A stretch of 64,000 bases of DNA, from NCBI GenBank assembly GCA_052426225.1, contig JBNJNM010000015.1:1116001-1180000 (forward strand), given 5' to 3'. Positions within the stretch are counted from its first letter, which is position 1. Each line of letters starts with the position of its first letter. Source of the DNA: Zancudomyces culisetae HAW-14-8 (Eukaryota; Fungi; Kickxellomycota). The notes under the pieces were generated by a model. That model ran no database searches and had not been told where the DNA came from. It saw only the letters and a program-made list of their open reading frames with translations. Below are positions 1 through 10,660 of the stretch, piece by piece. A program made the translations under genes and the position numbers.

Positions 1-1
1 A

Positions 2-2910
2 GGAATAGGAGGAATGGGAGTTGGAGTTGGAGCTGGAATGGGAGTAGGAACAGGAGTGGGAGTGGGAGTGGGAGTGGGAGTAGAAGAGTATAATGAACGA
101 GTTCAGAGATATGTTGGAGGAGTTGCAGCAGCATTAGATTACCGAGATGTACAAGCAGACCTTGCAATGCCAAGCAGCGAACGACCCATACTGGACAAGT
201 GTAAAGCGTATGGACCAAGCTATCGGTTATTACCCGAGGCAGGAACAGGAGCAGGAGGAGCAGGAGGAGGAGCAGGAATCCACGAGCTAAAGTGTTCAGG
301 ACGTGATGCTATGTGTTGGGAAGTGTTGAACGATGACTGGGCTTCATTTCCTACCACTGCTTCCGAAGAAGTTGTTGAGAATCCCCAACACCGCAAAAAC
401 ACTTATGAAGAAGCCTTGTTTAAATGCGAAGAAGACCGACACGAGCTGGACATCGAAATCGAAACAAACATGTCCACCATCCGCCTGCTGACTTCCATAG
501 TCAACCAGGTTGAGTCCATGACTCCTGAGGAGAGAGACCGCCTGCAACTGCCTTATGGCCTCGGCGGCTACTCCGAAGCTCTCCCCCGTCGCGCTCTCAA
601 AAAGGTCTATGATCCTCAGCGTGCTTTGGAAATCATGGAGGCTCTACACACCCACCCTGCTGTAGTTGCTCCCATAGTTTTGCGTCGTCTGCAACAAAAG
701 GACGAAGAGTGGCGGCGGCAGCGGCGCGAATTGGCTCGAGTGTGGCGCGAAGTCGAAGCTAAAAACTATTACAAATCGCTGGACCACCAAGCCTCGTTCT
801 TCAAAGCCAATGACCGCAAACTGGTCAGTGCAAAACAGTTTATTACCGAAATCGAACAGGTCGAATCTCAACTATTTCGACTTTATCCTTCTAATTCTTC
901 TCCAAATTTCAATCCAAATCCAAATCCAAATTCCACTTTAAATTCCACTCCAAGTATTAATACAAACACCAATTCTGATTCCATTTCCTCAGTTGGTTTT
1001 GCTTACCAACTAGTCTATCCATTTTGTGATACTTCTTCTCTATCTACTACCAATCCTTCTACCTCTCAACTAATTCTATCTGATATCTTTTCCCTCATCA
1101 TCTCTTATATTGAGTATTCTCCTTCCTATTTTGCTCATGAAAAAGTCGAAATGAAACGTTTTATTGTCGATTTTGCTTCTTCTTTTTTCTCTATTGATTT
1201 ATCTCCTTCCTCTTCCCTTTCTCCTTCCTCTTCATCATCTTCCCCTTCATCTCACTCTCCTTCTTTTTCTTCTTCTTTACCTCAAAATGAAAATAACAAC
1301 AACAATAACAAGAATGATATAAAAGAAAAGGAAAAAGAAAAAGAAAAATCTCAACCTCAACATCAACACCAACACCAACCTCTAGTCAACCATCTTACTA
1401 GTCTTGATGAATTATCTAAAATCACCTGGGTAAATGGAAACCCTTCCGACCATGATTTTGATTCTTCTAAAATCGGTTCAATCTTTTATACAAACTCTGT
1501 CTTTTATGTTTTATTCAGACTACTTCAACTCGCCTATTCTCGTTTTCTTGATATCAAATCAAACTCGGCTGATTTTCAATCTAAACGTCAAACTGTTGTA
1601 TCCACTACTCAACAAATTGATGATCTAAAGACCAACTCCAACTCTAACTCCAATTCAAATTCCAATTCCAATGTCAATACTTCTTGGAATGATTCTCCTG
1701 CTTTTCAACTCAACTACTTGTCTATTCCCACTGCTCTTAAACATTATTTCCACAAAAATTATCTTGTTACTGGTAATCTTGATTTCTATGACATTTTTGT
1801 ACAAATCCTAACCAGTTTTCTAATTGGAAACAACTCTTCTCCTGTTTCTACTTCTAATTTTGTTCCTACCACCACCACCACTACTACTACTACCACCGCT
1901 ACTGCTACTGCTACTGCTACCACCACCACTACCACTACTATCACTACCACTACCCCAAATCCTAACCTTACCCCTATTCCCACCCCAACTCCAACTCCAA
2001 TTCCAATTTCAACTCCAACTCCTAATCTCACTCCTACTCCATCTACCAATCTAAATACCAGTACCAATACCAATATCAGTACCAATGCAAATAAAAGCTC
2101 AATTCAACCCTCATCATCATTATCATCTTCTTCCTCTTCTTCATTGCCTTGTGTTCCTGATTATGCTTCCTATGAAGATGCTATTCGTTATTTGTTTGGT
2201 ACAAAGGCCTATCCTCTCTTAACTATGGATAAACTAATTCCTTTGCTTGTAAAACAAGTTCAGCAAGTGATTATTGATACAAATACTCAAAAACTACTTG
2301 ATCTCTACACAAAAAACAATTCGAACCAGACGCTTTTGGAATATGCCAATTACCGATCTACTGTGTCCAAATTGTTATTGGATACTGTTGATGAAGATAC
2401 TGTCTATCGCATTCATATGTGTGATGCCAATTTGTATTTCCAGATTCTTAAACCTTCTGATCATACTGTTGTACTGCCTTCGACATTGAATCCCAACTGG
2501 GTTTATTATGTTGATTCTTATATGACTTGTTCACCTGATAATACTAATGTAAAGGTCAATTTACCCTTTTTAAAACGAAATACCAGACAAATACTACAAC
2601 TTGATAAAGATAAGGGTAAGGATCATAGTAGTAAGCATGTGGTTGTAACGTTTAATTGTATGTTGGAAATGAAATTACAAGTCAATATGTATAAACTACG
2701 ATTTTTACAAGGCGGTAGTGATGTTTTTATTAATTGGTCAAATCGATGTAAACAGTCACAATCACAGTCACAATCACGTGTTGTTGATATTGATAATTGT
2801 TTACTTGATAAATTAAGCAAACGCAATAGTAATAGTAATTCTATATCTAATACTACAACTACAACCGAACCTGTAGCAGAACCTACAACAACTACAATCG
2901 AACCTACAGC

Positions 2911-2954
<44 letters not shown>

Positions 2955-3148
2955 CTAAACCTGATTCCATTACTGATAATGATACTGATACTGATACTGC
3001 TAATAATATTAATGTTAATAACACTGTAAATCCATCATCTCCATCATTACAAACTCAACCTCAAACTCAACCTCAGCAACAAGAAGAAAAACAAGAAGAA
3101 AAACAAAAACAAGAAGAACCACTTTTAGAAAATAAATCTAATCCGTGA
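2..3148 (+). CDS. SIN3: Sin3 transcriptional corepressor (HDAC-interaction domain + Sin3 C-terminal domain), 5'-truncated by window edge
   Basis: GPSYRLLP...CSGRDAMCWEVLNDDWASFPT...KNTYEEALFKCEEDRHELD and NYYKSLDHQ are hallmark Sin3 HID motifs. The frame is open from position 2, so the gene starts upstream. It carries long low-complexity inserts. Confidence 0.93.
1868..2090 (+). repeat. Trinucleotide/hexanucleotide microsatellites (ACC/ACT, ACTCCA) encoding poly-Thr and Thr-Pro runs in Sin3
   Basis: Directly visible tandem ACC/ACT/GCTACT repeats. A second (ACA)n run lies at about 2909-2955. Confidence 0.9.
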
Positions 3149-3228
3149 TTCCTCCCCTGTTGAATACTTGTAGTAACCAAATAAAAGACAAAAGACAAAA
3201 GCAAAAGTAACCCTCTTTATTTATTTAT

Positions 3229-4919
3229 CTACTTTTTTTTAAAACTATACAAATCTAATTGTGCTCTTAATTCCTCCTATTTTTGTTATTATTATTATTA
3301 TTATTATTAATATTAATATCATTATTTAATAAACACCAATTGTAAATAATATAATATATATAATGTATATATATATATGAATGTATATGAATGTATAATA
3401 ATACTTACAGGAGAAAACAGTGTATTATCAAATACTAATTTGGTTATTAGTTTGGGTTTTGATACTTGACCAGATTGGGGAACTATAACTGGTTCTTTTT
3501 TTTCTTCTTGCTGTTCATTTGTTTCGGTATTTGGTGGTAGTGGTAGTGATGGTGGTGGTGGTGGGTTTGTTTGATCATTTGCTTTATCATTATTTATTGA
3601 ATTGGTTTGTTCTTGTTCTTGTTCTTGTCCTTGTCCTTGTGATGGTGGAATAGAAGGAGTATGAGAAGTAGGATGAAGAAGTGGTGGTGGTGGTGGTAAT
3701 TGAGGTGGTAAATGTGGTGGCAGAGGTGCATTTGGTAATTGGGGTGGTAGTTGAGGTGGTAAAAGGTGTGGTGGTGGTGGTGGTGGTAAATGAGGTGGAG
3801 GATGGATAGGATGAGGATGAGAATGAGAATGAGGGGGTAGAGGTAGATGTGGTAGAGGTGGAGGAGGAGGAGGAGGAGGAATGTGATGAGGAGGTAAAAG
3901 ATGTGGTGGTAGAGGTAGAGAAGGTGGTAAAGGTAGAGAAGGGGGAGGAGGAGGAGGTAGTGGTAATGAAATATGTGGAGGAGGAGGAGGTGGTGGAATA
4001 GCATGTGCTAAATGTGGTGGTGGAAGTGGAGGTGGAGGTGGAACTTGCTGGTATTGATATGGTGGTAATGCTTGCTGGTAAAATCCTTGTTGTGTACTAC
4101 CTTCCACTCCTCCTACTACTCCTCCCTGTATCTGCATTTGTAATCCCGGCGATAAATGTAGTGCCGTCGTTGGACTTGCCGTTTGCATATTTAAAAGTCC
4201 CTTGCGATGTTGTTCAAATTGTTTTTGAATATCCATTTCATCAATCTCGACCACTACTCCTCCCCCACTACCTCCCCCACTACCCCCACCACTTGTTTCG
4301 CCCTGTATTGAAGTTCTTGCCCTTTTGTTCGCTTTTATTTGTGCCAGCAATTGTTCATGTCTCGCCTCTACATCCGCTTGTGGTATCCCTACCGTACCAA
4401 AGATCTCATATTCCATCGAATCTCTGTGTGGTAATGCATTGGGTACCCTACAAATTCAAAAATAAAAAACAAATAAATAAAAAAACAAACAAACAAATCA
4501 ATATATCCACTTTTTTCTTGCACCTTTTAAACCCATGTTTATATATATTGAGTTTAAAAACAAAAACAAGAATAAAAAAATTTAAAAAAACCTACTTTGT
4601 TACAGTTTCTTTATGAACCTGCGCAACATGTATCGCCATACCACCTGCCGTATTAAGTCGTTTATTACAATATGTACATTTGAAATGTTTTGCTTTTTGA
4701 TGCAAAATTAGGATTTTTTCATCTTCAAAATCTCGATCACAATACCTATTTCATTTCATTTCATTTTATTTTAGTTCAATTTATGTTTATTTTCATTTCT
4801 AATGTTTTACTTGTAAAATATACAAAATTAGTTCAATAACAGTAAATTAAGAATCTATAAAGTACTTGCCAGCACCAAGGTTTATCAACTATCCCTCGTT
4901 TATTCTTCTTTTTTGCCAT
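3229..4919 (-). CDS. ZNF207: ZNF207/BuGZ-like C2H2 zinc-finger protein with poly-proline region; 4 exons (4919-4870, 4745-4596, 4447-3409, 3276-3229)
   Basis: Spliced translation [75 protein letters not shown]...EIFG, ending FSPEELRAQL. This matches the ZNF207 family N- and C-terminal motifs. Intron 1 is GC-AG. Confidence 0.9.
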
Positions 4920-5581
4920 CTCGCTCAAATCTCTTTCTTTTTTCTTTTTTATTTACTTTGTTGTAGATATTTTTGCATATAAATAGTATATATTTTATAA
5001 TCGTGCTTTAATTTGCGAAATGTGAATCGATTTTTTATTTTATTTTTTATTTTGTAAATATATTATTTTTATTGCCAATTAATGGAAAATCGTCAATTTT
5101 TTTCTTCTATTTCTTTTCTAAATCTCTTCCTCATCCTCCCCCGCCCCATACTCAACTCATTTTTCACCTTCAAACATCTCTCTCTTTCTTTCTCTCTTTT
5201 TTTCTCTTTCACTCTATACTCCAATTTGTCTCAACTTTTCATTCATTCAACTAAAAAAATAAAATAAATAAAATAATAAAAAAATTAAATTATAAATAAA
5301 ACTTGTACACAAAAATGAATTTAAAAATAAATCTTGGAAAATCCCACCCCTATAATAAACCAACTTTGCTCACCAGATTATTTTCATTTTTTGCTTTTAC
5401 TTTTGCTTTTATTTTTCCATTGTGTATTAAAATCATCATATATTAACTCTAACCTTTTCCAATCCTTCTCTGTTATTTTTTGTCTTTTTATTTTTATTTA
5501 TATTTTCCTTTACAATAAACTTTTGTATTTGAACTATTTACCAAAAAAAACAAAAAAACCTTTTAAAGAATTAGTATTATA

Positions 5582-6676
5582 ATGTTTCTAGACAAGGTAA
5601 AGTGTCGTTTTGAAAATGTTGAAGTCGATGACGAAGGGATCGATACTTATCAATTCCTCGAATCTGCTAAAGGTGTCGTCTTGATGTTTGGTAAGTCTTG
5701 GCCTTTTCTTTCTTTCTTTTTTAATGTTTAGTATTAACCTTTATGAACTCTATATATAGATGAATTGCATTCAACGGCCTTTGCACCAGTCAAAAGCGAT
5801 ATTAATGGAAATATCACTGTAAGTATATAATATATAACCCTTTTACTTTCCCATTCCTTGTTCCCTTGTTCCCCCCCCCCTTTCCCTCCTTCTCTATATT
5901 TTTTTCTTTCTCTCTCCTTTTTTATTTTACTTACCAGAAATTATTGTATTTACCAATTAGAAAGTTTACAACAAATTCAATCAGGATCCAGTAAAATTCA
6001 GAACCCTACAAAGCATTATAATTAATGAGGCCGGTAGCAAGGACAGAACTGCAACCCAAGGGTTGTTATGGTTGAAGAGGTAATTGATCACCCGAGTACT
6101 ATTCTTTAGTATATTAATATTACTCTTGTTATTGCTCGAGTTTTTCTTTATTCTGTTTTACTTTTACTTTTACTTTTATATGGTTGATTTCGATTGTTTA
6201 TAAAACTAAATAGAGGTCTGGAATTTTGTGCAGTAGCACTCATAAACAACATTGAAACACCTTCAGAACAACTCTCTGATTCGTTTTATAGAGCTTACGA
6301 AGTTACACTGAAACAATTCCACAGTTTCTTTGTTAGACCGATTTTTTCAGTAAGTGATTCATTCATTCATCATCTCTTTTATTTATTATTTATTTTTTTA
6401 CAATTTGTGTATTAGCAAAGAAATGAAAGTATTATATTACAACAAGAGAAAAAGAAGGGGAAAGAAGGGTGTATGAGGATAAAACCAATACAAAACACTT
6501 TAAACACATAGTTGGCAATGAAGGCATGTCCAAAAAGCGAAGATTTTTATGCAAAGATTGGCACTGACGTTGCACAAGTCAAAGAAGGCCTTCTGGTTTG
6601 GGCAAAGGCATTAAAGGCACTCGTTGATATGTTGTCACAGTTTTATACCAAGGGAAACTTCGATAAGGGCCTTTAA
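5582..6676 (+). CDS. Glycolipid transfer protein (GLTP/HET-C2 family); 5 exons (5582-5690, 5760-5818, 5961-6079, 6214-6349, 6512-6676)
   Basis: Spliced translation contains AFAPVKSDINGNITK, TATQGLLWLKRGLEF, AYEVTLKQFHSFFVRPIF and AMKACP, which are GLTP signatures. All introns are GT-AG. Confidence 0.92.
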
Positions 6677-7449
6677 GTAAAATAATTAAAGGATATACGT
6701 TTTTTTTAATACTTGGTTTTGCTTAATCTTATTATCATTAGTAGTAGTAGTAGTAGTAGTAGCAATATTGCATTTGTTTCTAATTATAAACAGCAATATA
6801 AACTAAAAGGAACCACCAAACCTTTTATTTTTTTCATGTGGTGAATGCTTATCCATCATTACAACTCTGCTTTATTTAATATCGATTTGAATTGGTGCTA
6901 GGGGAAACGAAAGCGGCATATTAATGCAGAGTCGAGGGTTGTTTATCATAAACATAGCATTTTGCTAAAAGATTGACTGGAAACACCTGTCAACTTTTTC
7001 ACATCTTTCATTTACATGCTATTTTTGATAGCACGTATTAATGTATACTAGACCGATGGTCAGACCTCTTTAATTGCATGTAAAATGGTGAAATATGCTC
7101 AGAGCTTTAAACTATGGTTTGAAATTTGGCTGGTAAATTATTGTCATGTCCAGTCTTTTTTGTTTTTGTTTTGTTTAGCTCACTAACTAACATATTGATA
7201 AATTGAATCCACTGATTTTTTTAAATAATGAAAAATAATCATTATGGTAGGAAAAAAAAACTCCACTCCTCAAAAGGTGATAATAGCGAATTATTAAGTC
7301 TGAAAAAAATATTTTTCAAATTAGTTGGAAAAAAAAAATAATACCACTACCCCCCCAATATTAACCTTTACTTTTTTTTTCTACAGATCGAGGATTATTT
7401 GTATTTAGTATCTCTAGACTATTAAGGGAATAAGATCTATATAATAAAA

Positions 7450-8450
7450 ATGGTAAGTAGTATATACTATCTATAAACGTATCTAGAAGGATGAGAAAGG
7501 GTTTATACAGGGGTTTAAAAGATGGGTTCACTGGAAAAGGATTAAAGTAAAAAGAAAAGGAAAGGGAAAAAAAACGGATTTTAATTGTGGATAATAATGG
7601 TCAATTTTACGGATTCTAAAAGATATACCTAAACAATTCTACATTTACAAATACTCCGAGATGAACAACGAAAACACATGAATGCCAACGAGTTGACCTT
7701 TTTTTCTTAATGTCTCAGTTAGACCGTAAAGAAAAGGGGATATAGTAGTTGATTAGAATATAAAAGGGATACTAATTGTCAATATACAACTTATATTGCG
7801 GTAATTAATTGAATCCAAGAAATTGTAATAATCAAGGGGAATCTTTGAGATTTTTTTAAAAAACCATTTCTTTGAATCTCCTGGCTCGATCAATTGCAGA
7901 AACTCACATGTTAGTTCAACTGGGGAGAGGATTCAAGCTTCCCCGCTATAAATCAAAAGTTGACAATACATACTTGTGATTATCCCTTTTATTTGAGTGA
8001 AAAAAGGATATACGTTTCGGTATTTTGTTGTATGGATTGGGGAGTATACATCACATAATGTAGTAGGAGTATATACGTGTGATTAAACACCAACTCACTA
8101 CTTTATCACCAGAAACCCCCCACACACACCCCACCTTTCCCTTTTTCCCTTCTTTTTTTATCCCTCATATTCGAGGTAAAGTTACAACTTGTGGAAACAA
8201 AAAAAAGAAACTAATCGAAAAAATTTATTTGTTTTTTTTTTAGGCCAAGCAAATCAACGATATCAAGAACTTCCTCGAAGTCACCCGCCGCAAGGACGCC
8301 AAGTCCGTCAAAGTAAAGAAGAACGGAGAAAAAGTCAAATTCAAAGTACGTTGCTCTCGCTACTTGTATACTCTCTGTGTAAACGACAAGAAGAAGGCCG
8401 AGAAGTTGCGCCAATCCCTGCCACCAGGTCTCTCAGTATCAGACATCTAA
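7450..8450 (+). CDS. RPL38: 60S ribosomal protein L38 (eL38); ATG-only exon 1 (7450-7452), intron 7453-8243, exon 2 8244-8450
   Basis: ATG|gtaagt ... tttttag|GCC gives [64 protein letters not shown], a classic eL38 sequence. Confidence 0.96.
7760..7992 (+). other. Candidate nested RNA secondary structure within RPL38 intron
   Basis: Nested complementary segments 7760-71/7981-92 (12 bp), 7775-82/7960-67, 7798-801/7943-46, 7809-16/7929-36 and 7817-23/7866-72. Confidence 0.55.
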
Positions 8451-9067
8451 ATTTGATCAATTTGTTTACTAAACAAGATTTTACTACTAGTCTTTTTTTT
8501 TCTTTGAATTAGCATTCAAGTAAATAAAATGTTGTCTTATTCCTTTTTCCTCAAAATGAAAAAAAATAACACATTTGCTGTCTAATGATATCAATATACT
8601 TGTGAAACATAACAGCACTTCTTTTCTTTTCTCTTCTTGTTCTTGTTAATTTTACAAGACCTCCGGAAAAAAATGTCAAACACGCTACACGACTAGCCCT
8701 GCTTAGCAAGCTAGGCTGGTTGAGTATCTTGGATCCATCGCTCTGTTAGATGGAATGCCATGGTACTCTAGAGAGATGGGGGTCTCACAACGCCTTCTTT
8801 TTCTTATGCCAGGTTGGCCAAGAATTTTTTTTGCCAGTTCCCCAAATCTGGCAGATGTCCTCCTTTTACATCTCACATACAATACTTAGAATCTGAGTAT
8901 GGGGGGGGAGAGATTGGGAATGTGAGAATGAAAATTGATGAAACCCGCACCCCTCCCTCCCATCAATTGCAGCTTTTCTTGTGTGTATTTGCTTTATTTG
9001 TTTGATCTGTTTTATTTCTGTTTTTGCCAGTTGCTGTTTTTGTAATTTATTTTATTTCCGCTTTTGT

Positions 9068-9110
9068 TTATTTTTGCAATTATTTTTGCAATTATTTTTG
9101 CAATTATTTT
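9068..9110. repeat. 12-bp tandem repeat (TTATTTTTGCAA) x ~3.5
   Basis: Directly visible in the sequence. Confidence 0.85.
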
Positions 9111-10660
9111 TATTTCCTGCTCAGAGACTTCTCCACTGTTATTTTGTACGATATTGCTTTTTATTAGCCAGAGCAAATTTAAATCTGTCGCCATCCAAGT
9201 AAAATTCCGCAAATTCGATACTTTGCGAACCTGTTAATTTATTTTTTTCCCCCCCTTTTAATCCAAACATGTGCTGCTTTTTATTTACTGCCATCTTTAT
9301 TTATTGCTTTTATTATCGCTTTTATTTTTACTATTTTTACCTATTTTGCCCAGTTAGTGAGATTGTTCAGTCTTGATTTGTACATATGGCTTTTATTTAC
9401 TCAAATAGAAATCAACCAACATATTTTTGTTTTTCCCTAATTGCGCATGACAGAGCTTATTAATATATTTACCAATGTGACATGTAATGTTATTTTAATT
9501 TGCCTACCCCATTTCCAAAAAAATAAAGTCAGGGTTCTATTTGACCCTGACGAATTGCTCAAGATTTCTTACTCGCCTCGTACCAAAAATGACTCGTGTG
9601 CTCAAACAAAAATATTTTCTTTTCTTTCGGGAAACAACAAATTATTGATGTCATCCTTTTTTTTTTCTTTCTCAAACGCTCAGGCTCCTTATTTAACCTT
9701 GGTTTTGCCGATATTGTTTGGCTGTAAAACTAAATAAACTGATGCTAAAATATCAGGCGAAGAGCGGAGAAGAGAGGATACTGGTAGAACATCAAAACAA
9801 GATTATGGGAAAAAAAAATCACTTTTGCTTTGGCAGCTCTCTGTGTAAAAATATTACTACAGCTTAATAAACAAATTATCTAAGCTCTATTAGCATTTCG
9901 CAAGTAAAAAAATCAGGAAAATTAAAATGCGGTGGAACAGAGTTGATGGGAGGGGAGGGGGGGGAAGGGAAAGGGTATCGCTGTTTCCTGCACATCTCTC
10001 ATTGCATTTAACCACCCTCTAACCACCCCCCATCCCTCTCCTCTCTCACCTTTCCCTCTTTGCTATCCTTTCGTTCTATTTTCTCCCAGTTTCGCTTTTT
10101 TTTTTCATGCGGCTATATCCATACATAATTAATTTTGGAACAAATACAGTTGGACCCTGCTATTTAATGCATTTTTATCAAAGAAATCTATCAATGTGCG
10201 CAATAATTTAATCTTGACATCTGTGTGGCTGGTTAAATATAGTTTCACCAGCATCTAATTTACCAAATAAAGCATTATACACTCGTTCTTTCCAAATACC
10301 GTGTGGGTTTATATTTCATATCCCCTCATTTTGTCCTTAAAAAAAAAGAGAATCAAATATTCAACTTTAACTCTAAATCTGAATACGATCAATCTACTCT
10401 TTAACATTTTCACTTTTTTAATTATATTTTATTAATAACACGCTGAAAGCAGTATAATCATAGTAAAAGTGCGTATTATCCTTTGTTCCCTACTACTTGG
10501 TTTCTAATTTTCATTTTGACATACATTAGCCTTGCTAGTAGAGATATATCCCACTTTATAGGTCACTATAATCATATTTATCTATGTAAAACCATACTCT
10601 GAAACCAGTTTTTTTCGAAATATTACAAACTAATATTCATCTCGGAAGTAAAGAGTAAAG

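Noticed and set aside
3594-4616. His/Leu-rich ORF 3594-4004 and ORF 4005-4616
   Set aside because: Alternate-frame or antisense shadows of the poly-proline ZNF207 exon.
6896-6996. Possible H/ACA snoRNA between GLTP and RPL38 (hairpin TTGAC/GTCAA followed by ACA)
   Set aside because: No ANANNA hinge, and the first hairpin is weak.
7861-7867. AAACCAT as snR30/U17 m2 motif in the RPL38 intron
   Set aside because: No m1 motif (AUAUUCCUA) and no correctly placed ACA box.
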